DNA of 60,505 bases from an uncultured Alphaproteobacteria bacterium (GCA_937935995.1 CALGXF010000067.1:1-60505), one strand, 5' to 3'; numbered from the stretch's first letter, positions 29,890 to 38,955 are shown. Made by a program: numbers and translations. The notes: generated from the sequence alone by a model not told the origin.

Positions 29890-31036
29890 TTTTTTAATAC
29901 TTGAAGGTTGTGACGGTGTCGGAAAAACAACGCTGGCCAATTTATTAATTCACAAAGGTTATGAATCTTTGCATTTTAACTATGATCCAAACCTGTCTAT
30001 TAAGGAAAAATATTCTAGAATCTTGTCTAAAGACTATGGTGCCAATGTCGTTTTAGATCGTTCCTTTGTTTCTGAAATGGTATATGGCCCGTTGCGGCGC
30101 GGGTATTCCCGCTTATCGGATCAGGATTTTTCTGAACTGTTGCAGATGTTAAATAAGAGAAACGGCAGGATTATTTTGTTGGATGCAGATCCTCAGACAA
30201 TATTTAACAGGATCCAAAGTCGCGGAGATGCTGAAGATAAGGGAATGGATATCAATCAGATTACCGCTATAAGAAATTTATATAAACAACTCTTATCCCC
30301 GCGACAGGAATGCAAAATTGATATTATTCGAAATGATCGTGAATTGCCTAAAAACATTTTACAGCGGCTACAACTGGCAGAACCTCCGTTGCAATGTTTA
30401 ATTTTTGACTTTGATGAAACAATCTATCATCCTGAAGCTACAACTTTGCCACAGCAGTTAGTATACCGGATGTCCACATTCATAAAAGAAAAATTCGGTT
30501 TATCATATAAAGAAGCCAGACAACTAAGCCGGAAATACCGTATTGAGTATGGCTCTACCGTTGTCGGCCTGCAACAGTGCCATAATATTGATCCCAAAGA
30601 ATTTGTTGATTATTCTTATAATTTAGATCTTTCTGAGCTGAAAAAAGATAAAAATTTTAAAAATCAACTTCAAGCCATACCCGAGAAAAAGGTTATTTTA
30701 ACGAACGCCAACGAAATATATGTGGAAAAAGCCTTGTACATGATGGGGATTAGGGATGAGTTTTCGGATATTATCGGTATTAACCGGACGAACTTTGTTC
30801 CTAAATCACAGTCTGCCGGATATGAGCTTGCAATTGACGAACATGCGGATTCCGGACGAAATTGTGTGATGTTTGATGATCAATCAGTTAACTTAAGAAC
30901 TGCAAAAAATTACGGCATGAAAACTGTCTTATGTAACAAAACGGAAACTGATATGTCTAGTGTAGATCATTTTACTCCGGATTTGCACAAAGATTTGTAT
31001 AAAATCATAAACTCTATTAAGGGAAAAGAGAAATGA
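29882..31036 (+). CDS. Fusion of a dTMP-kinase-like P-loop kinase with a HAD pyrimidine 5'-nucleotidase-like domain
   Basis: 384 aa. The N-terminal part has 'LILEGCDGVGKTTLANLL' and 'LDRSFVSEMVYG'. The C-terminal part has the HAD motif I 'LIFDFDETIY', then 'ILTNAN' and 'VMFDDQSVNL' (SDT1-like). Confidence 0.7.
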   Translation: MNDFLILEGCDGVGKTTLANLLIHKGYESLHFNYDPNLSIKEKYSRILSKDYGANVVLDRSFVSEMVYGPLRRGYSRLSDQDFSELLQMLNKRNGRIILLDADPQTIFNRIQSRGDAEDKGMDINQITAIRNLYKQLLSPRQECKIDIIRNDRELPKNILQRLQLAEPPLQCLIFDFDETIYHPEATTLPQQLVYRMSTFIKEKFGLSYKEARQLSRKYRIEYGSTVVGLQQCHNIDPKEFVDYSYNLDLSELKKDKNFKNQLQAIPEKKVILTNANEIYVEKALYMMGIRDEFSDIIGINRTNFVPKSQSAGYELAIDEHADSGRNCVMFDDQSVNLRTAKNYGMKTVLCNKTETDMSSVDHFTPDLHKDLYKIINSIKGKEK

Positions 31037-31677
31037 AGCATTTTGGTCTTCTGGTTCCCGCATCTAATATTGTTGCCGAAAAAGAACTATACACCCGCTT
31101 AATTCGTGAAAATATTGATGATGTTTATTTTCATTTTGCCAGACTTAAATTCCAAACACCATATGGGCAAGACGAAGAAAAATACACTAAAGAGTTGGTT
31201 GAAAGCATTCCTGAAGCTTTGGCTGAAATGAAAAGAATTAATCTGTGTCGGGCCGCCGTTTTGTGTACCTCTGCTGAAATTTATTATAAACCGCAAGATG
31301 AATTAATTTTTCCTTTAACTTCGGTTATTGCATATTTTAAAATGATTGGAAGAAAATCGCCCTTAGTTATCTCACCGTATAACTCGGATATTGGAGAAGG
31401 AGTAACTCAGCGGCTGAAAAATTCAGGAATCAATATCCAAAAAGAATTTCATCTAAATATTAAAACGAAAGAGGAACTTTTGTCTTTCAGCAATGCTAAA
31501 TTGGCTGAGATGATTGAACAGGAGCTTATCCCTGACATTGATTCTATTTGTATCTTATGCACAAATTTTGCAACTTTGCATTTGGAGGCCATGATTGAAC
31601 AGAAATTTAATATTCCAGTTATATCAAGTAATAAAGCCATTTATACACAATTAATAGAAATTTCAAAAAAGAATTAA
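31033..31677 (+). CDS. Asp/Glu racemase / maleate isomerase-like two-cysteine enzyme
   Basis: 214 aa. 'FGLLVPASNIVAEKE' plus the two Cys motifs 'VLCTSAE' and 'ILCTNFATLH' fit this superfamily. Confidence 0.55.
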   Translation: MKHFGLLVPASNIVAEKELYTRLIRENIDDVYFHFARLKFQTPYGQDEEKYTKELVESIPEALAEMKRINLCRAAVLCTSAEIYYKPQDELIFPLTSVIAYFKMIGRKSPLVISPYNSDIGEGVTQRLKNSGINIQKEFHLNIKTKEELLSFSNAKLAEMIEQELIPDIDSICILCTNFATLHLEAMIEQKFNIPVISSNKAIYTQLIEISKKN

Positions 31678-31854
31678 TAATAGTATTGATCATTAATTTG
31701 TTTTTTTATATTTTAGAATTAATTATTTATTTAAAATATGGTATTAAAATGTACTAAACCTTGCGATTTCAAAAGTTTTTTAATATGCTAATGCATATTT
31801 ATAATCTAAAACGAGGCTACTAACTTGACTTGTTTTATATATAAAGAAACTAAA

Positions 31855-32870
31855 ATGGTGAAGATATCAAAATCCTTAGGGTTGACGGTAAAACGGCGAA
31901 TCTATAAACAATGATTTTGAGAAGTGCAAATTCGAATGGAAAGGAAAAGCCGAGTATCACCGTATTGTTGCCAAACGTTCTATCGGTACGCGTTGCCTTT
32001 GTTTGGAAGAAAGTGTGGATTTTGATAAAACCAACAATCACTATATTGAGGTGGACAACCTTGGGGGTTTGAAATTCGTGCAAGCTGCCTATTATCGCAA
32101 AGTTAAGATGATTTATATTAACCCACTATATAATACGGGTAAAGATTTTGTTTATTAAGATGTATGATGCTTACCCGGTTAAGGCTTTTGGCAAACTTGC
32201 TCCGCAATAATGGTGTGATTTTTGTCTCAATTGATGATAATAAAGTTATAAATTTGTGATACTTATATAATAAAGTTTTTGGGGAAGAGAATTTCTTTAC
32301 TTGTATTTCATGGCATGATAATTATGCATTTTGCAAATGATGCCCAAAAATTTTCTAATGTATTAGTATATAGAAAATCAGAAGTATTTAACTGTAATTT
32401 ATTACCAAGAACAAAAAACAAAACTGTTTAATATTATTGTAATGACGGTATGGCAAAATGGCAACCAGATAACCTTTCTGTAAAACTTATTCAGCAAATT
32501 ATAATTATGAAATAATAAATCTAAATATGGGAGAAAAATATTTTTTCCCAAAAGCTAGGTGCTGGATGACTAATAAAGATACTGTTAACAAATGGATGCA
32601 AGAGGGAAGAATATTTTTCGAGCAAAATGGGTTAAGAGCACCTCAATTAAAGAGATATTTGTCAGAAGTCCAATAAGGAGTAGTTCCTACAACATATTAG
32701 TCTTATGAAGATTGTAGGCAGAATTATTCGAAAAGCTACTATTTGATACGCGTAAACCAACCGATTTAGTTAAACAAGCTTTAAAAATTGATGCTGATAA
32801 AGATTTAATAATTCTAGATTTCCTCTGGTAAGGGTGACCACCGTGGAAACACAGCCGTTTAGAGGATACA
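31855..32870 (+). pseudogene. Decayed N6-adenine DNA methyltransferase (type III Mod / type IIG-like)
   Basis: Fragments in three frames are interrupted by stops. They read 'IEVDNLGGLKFVQAAYYRKVKMIYINPLYNTGKDFVY*' (DPPY degraded to NPLY), 'LLRNNGVIFVSIDDNKVINL*', 'VFGEENFFTCISW', 'KRYLSEVQ*GVVPTT' and 'IILDF..GKGDHRGNTAV'. Confidence 0.8.
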
Positions 32871-32899
32871 AAAAACTCCCTAATTCTAATTAGGAATTT

Positions 32900-32922
32900 T
32901 TAATGGTGAGTCCGGAGGGACT
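32900..32922. repeat. Duplicated copy of the tRNA-Met 3' end (att-like direct repeat)
   Basis: TTAATGGTGAGTCCGGAGGGACT differs at one position from 33107-33129 (TTAATGGTGGGTCCGGAGGGACT). An upstream AAAAAACTCCC element is also shared. Confidence 0.8.
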
Positions 32923-33074
32923 TCGCAATTCCGACTAAAACTCGGAATGCGCCGGACAAAGCCAGCTTTTCCTCGTTAAGTCTCATTGCTTTACGCGATA
33001 AAACTTGCCATAAAGGCAACTTTTATCTTGCGCAGCCCCCGAGGTCGGATGTTCAATACCTGCGGTATTCAACC

Positions 33075-33106
33075 ATTAAAAAAAACTCCCATAAAGGGAG
33101 TTTTCC
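33075..33106 (-). terminator. Rho-independent terminator after tRNA-Met
   Basis: On the minus strand: AAAACTCCC-TTTAT-GGGAGTTTTTTTT, immediately 3' of the tRNA. Confidence 0.8.
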
Positions 33107-33110
33107 TTAA

Positions 33111-33187
33111 TGGTGGGTCCGGAGGGACTCGAACCCCCGACCAGACCGTTATGAGCGGCCAGCTCTAACCAACTGAGCTACAGACCC
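33111..33187 (-). tRNA. tRNA with CAT anticodon (elongator Met, or Ile2 if lysidine-modified), CCA encoded
   Basis: Manual fold of the reverse complement. Acceptor GGGTCTG/CGGACCC, D-arm GCTCAGTTGGTTAGAGC, anticodon stem GGCCG/CGGTC with loop CTCATAA, T-arm GGGGG-TTCGAGT-CCCTC, 3' ACCA. Confidence 0.9.
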
Positions 33188-33199
33188 CACCGGCACTTT

Positions 33200-35290
33200 C
33201 TAGGAATTATCCAAGAATGTGCGTAATTTTTTCGACCGGCTCGGATGCTTTAATTTCCGTAAAGCCTTCGCCTCAATCTGACGAATACGTTCGCGCGTTA
33301 CGGAAAATTGTTGCCCCACTTCTTCCAACGTATGATCCGACGTCATTCCGATACCAAAACGCATCCGCAGTACACGTTCTTCACGCGGCGTTAATGTTGC
33401 CAAAACGGCTGAACAAGCCTGCCGTAAATTAGATTGAATAGCCGCATCCAACGGTTGAACCGTGCTTTTATCTTCAATAAAATCACCTAAATGGCTGTCT
33501 TCTTCATCCCCGACGGGTGTTTCTAAACTAATCGGTTCTTTGGCAATCTTCATAACTTTGCGCACTTTTTCAAGCGGCATGTTTAATTTAGCAGCCAATT
33601 CTTCCGGTGTCGGTTCTTGGCCGCCTTCATGCAACATTTGGCGCCCTGTGCGAACTAATTTGTTAATCGTTTCAATCATATGAACCGGGATACGAATTGT
33701 CCGAGCTTGGTCAGCAATGGAACGCGTAATGGCTTGACGAATCCACCACGTCGCATAAGTTGAAAATTTATATCCACGGCGGTATTCAAATTTATCAACC
33801 GCTTTCATTAACCCGATATTACCTTCTTGAATCAAATCCAAGAATTGTAAACCGCGATTGGTGTATTTTTTGGCAATTGAAATCACCAAACGCAAGTTAG
33901 CTTCAATCATTTCACGTTTCGCGCGGTTTGTTTCCTGTTCCCCTTTTTTGACTGTGTTGACAATACGACGGTATTCCACAATCGGCATTTGGGTTTCGGC
34001 CGCCAAAGCCGCAATCGAGTCCCGAATGGCATCAACATCTTTTTCGTATTTTTCGACAAAGGTTTTCCACGCTTTTCCGGGGCGTTTAACGGCCAAAGCT
34101 GCCCAATTCGGATTTTTTTCGATTTCGCGGTAAAATTCCAAAAAGTCTTCGCGTTTGATTTTGGAGTGTGTTGCCAAACGCAACAGTTTTCCCTCTAACA
34201 TAGTTAAACGCTTGTTGAGTTCATTAATTTGGTCAATCAGTTGTTCAATTCTGGATGGATTGAAGTGAATGCCTTTTAACAGCTCAATCATTTCCAGATG
34301 AACTTTTTGATATTTATCTTCAATAGATGCCGGTGCTTCTTCTCCGTTTAAAACGTATTCATTGCGGCTGACTTGCAGTTTGCGCAACTTTTGATAAGTT
34401 TTTGTAATTTGCTCCAAATTTTCCAAAATTTGCGGCAACAAAACTTCTTCCATTTGACGCAGGGAATAAGAACTGCTGTCTTCGTCTTCTTCGTCCAAAA
34501 CTTCTTCGGTCGATTCTTCTTCGATTTCTTCATCGATATCATCGTCCAGAGCTTCGTCATCATCCAATTCTTCTTCATCATCGAACGAATCGTCTTCTTC
34601 ATCCAACGGTTCTTCCTCTTCTTGGACGACAGGTTTAACCGGTTCTTCCGTTAAAGCTTGCTCTTCTTTTTCCGCCGCTTTCTTTTCCAGCGCCGCCAGC
34701 AAAGATTTTTTTGACGGATCCGCTTCGTAAGTAGCTTCCAAATCAATGATGTCACGCAGCAACATTTCGCCCGTTAACAAAGCATTGTGCCAACCGGCGA
34801 GGGCTTTCATTGTTAAAGAACTTTCGGATAAGCCGCCCATCATAACATTCCAACCGGCCTCGATTCGTTTAGCAATCGCGATTTCACCTTCGCGGGTCAA
34901 CAGCTCGACAATGCCCATTTCACGCAAATACATCCGAACGGGATCATTCGTCCGTCCCAAAGCCAACGCATCTTCTTCGGTTTCTTCGTCTTCCGCCGCC
35001 GGCGTTTCTTTTGAAAGAACAGCATCATCATCCACAACATCTTCTTTTTCCAATAAGTTAATGTCGTTTTCGGATAAAATAGCCACAGCTTCTTCAATGG
35101 CTTCGGGGCCTTGTTCAACAGAGATGGCATCGTTCAGCTCTTCGGCCGTGACATAGCCGCGTTCTTTGCCTTTTTCAAACAGTTTTTCAAAGGCAGGCCC
35201 TAAAGATTGTTCCAAAGACGGGGTATTGTCGTCTTCGTCATAAGCTGCCATCAAATCGTCTTCATCTGCTGAACTCATCATCATGCCCAT
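33200..35290 (-). CDS. rpoD: RNA polymerase sigma-70 factor RpoD with a long acidic insertion
   Basis: 696 aa. Signatures are '[50 protein letters not shown]' (region 2) and '[27 protein letters not shown]' (region 4). Confidence 0.95.
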   Translation of the reverse strand: MGMMMSSADEDDLMAAYDEDDNTPSLEQSLGPAFEKLFEKGKERGYVTAEELNDAISVEQGPEAIEEAVAILSENDINLLEKEDVVDDDAVLSKETPAAEDEETEEDALALGRTNDPVRMYLREMGIVELLTREGEIAIAKRIEAGWNVMMGGLSESSLTMKALAGWHNALLTGEMLLRDIIDLEATYEADPSKKSLLAALEKKAAEKEEQALTEEPVKPVVQEEEEPLDEEDDSFDDEEELDDDEALDDDIDEEIEEESTEEVLDEEDEDSSSYSLRQMEEVLLPQILENLEQITKTYQKLRKLQVSRNEYVLNGEEAPASIEDKYQKVHLEMIELLKGIHFNPSRIEQLIDQINELNKRLTMLEGKLLRLATHSKIKREDFLEFYREIEKNPNWAALAVKRPGKAWKTFVEKYEKDVDAIRDSIAALAAETQMPIVEYRRIVNTVKKGEQETNRAKREMIEANLRLVISIAKKYTNRGLQFLDLIQEGNIGLMKAVDKFEYRRGYKFSTYATWWIRQAITRSIADQARTIRIPVHMIETINKLVRTGRQMLHEGGQEPTPEELAAKLNMPLEKVRKVMKIAKEPISLETPVGDEEDSHLGDFIEDKSTVQPLDAAIQSNLRQACSAVLATLTPREERVLRMRFGIGMTSDHTLEEVGQQFSVTRERIRQIEAKALRKLKHPSRSKKLRTFLDNS

Positions 35291-35445
35291 TCTTTACTGT
35301 TATTCTTAAACGCTTTTCTATACACTTTTTTGCAAGGAATGTCAATAAGTTTTAATCGTTTGGCTAAAAGGACTTCCCGTATGCCCGGAATATTTTATAA
35401 AAGAAGGGAGGCAAAGGGAAGTTTTTAATTCAAAAGACGCTCAAA

Positions 35446-37227
35446 TTAAAGGGTTTCGCCTAATTTTTCTTTTTCGTGCTTTAAGGTCAAAATCTGAGTC
35501 CACAATTCACTGGTCGGATTTTGCGTAAATTCATGCATTAACCGTTGAATGTCTTCTTCAACAGCCATCATGTGCAACGCATTTAAGCGCCGTTTCATGT
35601 CGATTTCGACTTCTTCGGGCGACTTGCCGGCACGTTCCAACACTTCAATTTCGGTCTTTAAATAAATAAAGATATTGTTAGAATACTTGCTCGATAAGAT
35701 TTGTCGTAAATTTTCGCCGGTGATTTGATCGTCTAAAGAAAGTTCAGTGGATAAAATATCCAATAAACGAGCCACTTTTTTATCTTTGATTTCCAATGCA
35801 CACAGTTCTTCCAAATGTTTGCCGACGACTTCGGGAAAGCAAACCAAATAGGCCAATAACATTTTGGCTTCTGCCTGCAATGGAGACAAGGCCGGCATGG
35901 CAACGGTTCCGACAAAAGGGTTAAGGGCTTTGGGTTTGCCGGATTTGCGCGTGTAAAGCAAATCTTTCGTAAATTGTTTCAATCGCGCTTTTAATTCTTT
36001 TTCATAAAACCCGCGAACAGAAGTATCTTTGATTTGTTGCGTCAATTCATTGATTTCTTTTTCAAGTTGAGCCAGCTTTTCGGGCGTATCAAAATTCTTG
36101 TTCGTTACCAACCGATTCCAAACCAACCAAAATAAAGATTTAGCGCCCTTTAATTGATTTAAAAAAGCATCCGGGCCGTAAGCTTTTACGAATTCATCGG
36201 GATCCAATCCTTCGGGCAGCCAGACAAATTGCAACGAATGTCCGGGTTTTAAAATCGGTAAAGCCCGATTACAGGCGCGATCCGCAGCCCGTTGACCGGC
36301 CGAATCACCGTCGAAACAAATAATGGGTTCCGGCGCCATTTTCCATAAAATGTAAAGTTGATTTTCGGTCAAAGCCGTTCCGAGCGGGGCAACAGCATTT
36401 TTGATGCCGGCTTTATGAAGCGCAATCACATCCATGTAGCCTTCGACTAAAATGACACGAGATGTTTCCCGAATGCCTTCCAAAGATTGGTAAAGGGCGT
36501 ATAAATTTTCGCCTTTGTGAAACAGCGGCGTTTCGGGAGAATTCAAATATTTGGGTTCTCCTTGTCCCATGACGCGGCCGCCGAATCCGATGATGTGGCC
36601 TTTTCGATCGGTGATGGAAAACAAAACGCGATCACGGAAATAATCAAAGTTTTCGCGATGCGGTTCATTAGACCGGCATACCAATCCTAAATCAATCAAA
36701 TCGCTTTCCTTGCATCCCTCGCGCAATAAATGCTGGCGCAAAAAATTGCCGACCGGAGCATATCCTAACCGGAATTTCTTTATTTCTTCCAACGTCAGAC
36801 CACGACTTTGTAAATAAGATAAAGCTTGTTTCCCGACGGGCAGAAACAACTGTTTTTCGTAAAACACACAGGCCTTTTCCATGATTTCATGTAAAGATGC
36901 CTGTTTTTGAGCCCGTCTGCTTTCTTCTTCGGTCGCTTGGGGAATTTCCATGCCGGCTTGACGGGCGATGATTTCCAAAGCTTCATAAAATGTCAGTTTT
37001 TCAGCTTCCATCAGGAAATTGATAATGTCTCCGTGCGCGCCGCACCCGAAACAGTGATAAAAGCCTTTTTCTTCGCTGACCGTAAAAGACGGGCTTTTTT
37101 CATGATGAAACGGACATAGCCCTAAATATTCGGTTCCGCGTCGAGTCAATTTGACACGCCGGCCGACAATATCGACCAGAGACGCTCTGGCACGCAAATC
37201 GTCCAAAAACTTGGCAGGAATCGCCAT
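35446..37227 (-). CDS. dnaG: DNA primase
   Basis: 593 aa. It has the zinc ribbon 'CPFHHEKSPSFTVSEEKGFYHCFGCGAHGD' and the TOPRIM motif 'VILVEGYMDVIAL'. Confidence 0.95.
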   Translation of the reverse strand: MAIPAKFLDDLRARASLVDIVGRRVKLTRRGTEYLGLCPFHHEKSPSFTVSEEKGFYHCFGCGAHGDIINFLMEAEKLTFYEALEIIARQAGMEIPQATEEESRRAQKQASLHEIMEKACVFYEKQLFLPVGKQALSYLQSRGLTLEEIKKFRLGYAPVGNFLRQHLLREGCKESDLIDLGLVCRSNEPHRENFDYFRDRVLFSITDRKGHIIGFGGRVMGQGEPKYLNSPETPLFHKGENLYALYQSLEGIRETSRVILVEGYMDVIALHKAGIKNAVAPLGTALTENQLYILWKMAPEPIICFDGDSAGQRAADRACNRALPILKPGHSLQFVWLPEGLDPDEFVKAYGPDAFLNQLKGAKSLFWLVWNRLVTNKNFDTPEKLAQLEKEINELTQQIKDTSVRGFYEKELKARLKQFTKDLLYTRKSGKPKALNPFVGTVAMPALSPLQAEAKMLLAYLVCFPEVVGKHLEELCALEIKDKKVARLLDILSTELSLDDQITGENLRQILSSKYSNNIFIYLKTEIEVLERAGKSPEEVEIDMKRRLNALHMMAVEEDIQRLMHEFTQNPTSELWTQILTLKHEKEKLGETL

Positions 37228-37683
37228 TTAGCCCAAAAGTCCTTTAATCATGCCGGATGCTTTGCCGAAATCCATTTGGCCGGCATACTTGCCACGCAAG
37301 CTTCCCATCACTTTGCCCATGTCTTTCATGGAAGAAGCGCCGGTTTCCTGAATGACTTGCTTGATAGCTGCTTCGATGGCTGCGTCATCCATTTGAGCCG
37401 GTAAAAAAGATGAAATGACATCAATTTCGGCTTTTTCTTTGGCGACCAAGTCTGCCCGATTGCCTTTTTCATACAAATCGATGCTTTCTTTTCTTTGCTT
37501 AATCATGGATTGCAACAGCTGTAAGATTTCATCATCGCTGATGCCGTCTGCTTTTCCGGCAGGCCGAGCCGCGATGTCTTTGTCTTTAATGGAAGAATTA
37601 ATCAGCCGCAGAACAGATGTTTTGCTTTCATCTTTTGCTTTCATTGCGGCAACCAGTTCAGTTTTGATTTTTTCACGTAACAT
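37228..37683 (-). CDS. GatB/YqeY domain protein
   Basis: 151 aa. 'LKAKDESKTSVLRLI' and 'MGKVMGSLRGKYAGQMDFGKAS' are typical of YqeY. Its stop directly abuts the dnaG start. Confidence 0.85.
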   Translation of the reverse strand: MLREKIKTELVAAMKAKDESKTSVLRLINSSIKDKDIAARPAGKADGISDDEILQLLQSMIKQRKESIDLYEKGNRADLVAKEKAEIDVISSFLPAQMDDAAIEAAIKQVIQETGASSMKDMGKVMGSLRGKYAGQMDFGKASGMIKGLLG

Positions 37684-37835
37684 TTTTGACTCCTTTTATT
37701 TTCCTCAGCATAAAAGAATTTATTTTAAAACGCAAGACTTCTGTTGCATTCGATTTCAAAAAATAAAAAACAGCTAGACAGAAAGAATGGCTTTTGATAC
37801 ACTTTGATAAAAATAAGTTGTCAAAGGGATAAAAC

Positions 37836-38939
37836 ATGATGTGGAAATATGCATTATTGGTATCGGGGATGATGTTGGCGTCGACAGTCAGCCGCGCCGA
37901 TTATGCCAAAGGCGTGGAAGCGCTTCAGGCCGGGAATTATACTGTCGCGGCACAGGAATTGGCCACAGCGGCGGATGCCGGTGATGCAAAGGCACAATAT
38001 TTAATGGGGTACCTGTATTATCAAGGACAGGGCGTTGCTCAAGACGATGAAAAGGCGTTTGAATTATTCCGCAATGCGGCGGACAAAGGACACGTGGAAG
38101 CGCAGACTTTTTTGGCTTTTATGTATGATGCCGGCCGCGGTGTGCCGCAGAATAAAAAGAAGGCTTTCGAATTATATCAAGCTTCTGCCGACGAAGGGGA
38201 TATTACGGCAACGATTAATTTGGGCGTGATGTATTACAAAGGGGACGGAATTCCTCAAAACTATGACAAAGCGTTTGAGTTGTTGAATGACATTGAACAT
38301 GTCAATTCGCCGGTGTTGCAGCTTTATTTGGGGAATTTGTATTTCTACGGATATGGCGTTCGTCAGGATGTTAACAAAGCGTTGGATTATTATTTGCGTT
38401 CGGCGGCGCTCGGGGATGTGAGTGCGCATTACTTTTTGGGATCCGTTTATCAGCAAGGCAAGGGCGTTGTGAAAGCAAACCCGTCGGAAGCATTGCTTTA
38501 CTATACGTATGCGGCTCAAAAAGGTGATCCGAATGCACAATATAATTTAGCAACGCTATATGCGGGTGGTGCGGCCGGAAAGGTTGATAAGATTCAGGCA
38601 TATGCGTGGTTGGTCATGGCTTCCGAACAAAACATGCCCGAAGCGAATGAGGCTTTGGAAAAGCTGGGAGACAGCATGAGCTTGTCTGAAATTTCGCAAG
38701 CTAAAAATTATGTTTTGGAATTACAAAAAATCGATCCGAATACGGTTGTTTCTCCGGTGCCGCCGATGCAGATTTCCAATTCAATTTATTCAACACGCGG
38801 GGCGACGACGATTGTCGGAAACCAAGGCGGTTCTTGGGGAAATGTAACGACGGGAGCGACACCGGGCGGTACGGTTGTTACGCGGCCGCAAGGGGCTCAA
38901 CCCAGCGGACGATCCAGACGCATGATCCGCCGCCGTTGA
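37836..38939 (+). CDS. Secreted Sel1-repeat (TPR-like) protein
   Basis: 367 aa with a signal peptide. It has at least 7 repeats of the type 'AQYxLGxxYxxGxGVxQDxxKAxExY'. The C-terminus is Gly/Thr-rich and basic. Confidence 0.85.
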   Translation: MMWKYALLVSGMMLASTVSRADYAKGVEALQAGNYTVAAQELATAADAGDAKAQYLMGYLYYQGQGVAQDDEKAFELFRNAADKGHVEAQTFLAFMYDAGRGVPQNKKKAFELYQASADEGDITATINLGVMYYKGDGIPQNYDKAFELLNDIEHVNSPVLQLYLGNLYFYGYGVRQDVNKALDYYLRSAALGDVSAHYFLGSVYQQGKGVVKANPSEALLYYTYAAQKGDPNAQYNLATLYAGGAAGKVDKIQAYAWLVMASEQNMPEANEALEKLGDSMSLSEISQAKNYVLELQKIDPNTVVSPVPPMQISNSIYSTRGATTIVGNQGGSWGNVTTGATPGGTVVTRPQGAQPSGRSRRMIRRR

Positions 38940-38955
38940 TAAAAGAGGGGGTTCT

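Larger units (their letters stand above)
24963..33110. mobile_element. Putative decayed genomic island adjacent to tRNA-Met
   Basis: The block is visibly more AT-rich than the flanks. It holds one 8-gene operon of accessory enzymes and a decayed methyltransferase. The tRNA 3' end is duplicated at 32900-32922. No integrase is present. Confidence 0.45.

Noticed and set aside
31850-32083. 77-aa minus-strand ORF
   Set aside because: It is antisense to the recognisable methyltransferase pseudogene fragments and has no signals.
32923-33106. Possible tmRNA or other structured RNA between the two copies of the tRNA 3' end. The minus-strand transcript would end in a T-arm-like ...GTCCCTCCGGACTCACCA followed by a terminator hairpin.
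   Set aside because: No matching 5' acceptor strand is present. The base at the G3:U70 alanine-identity position would pair as G:C. The only tag-like frame ('AFMASFIA*') is unconvincing, and alphaproteobacterial tmRNA genes are permuted with an internal CCA. It is better explained as a displaced duplicate of the tRNA-Met 3' end (an att scar).
32986-33168. 60-aa plus-strand ORF
   Set aside because: It overlaps the tRNA-Met gene and its terminator on the opposite strand, so it is spurious.
34373-35156. Plus-strand ORFs of 93 and 136 aa, and minus-strand out-of-frame ORFs, inside rpoD
   Set aside because: They are generated by the GAA/GAT-rich acidic tract and the strong codon periodicity of rpoD. 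The translations are low-complexity (F/S/K-rich).
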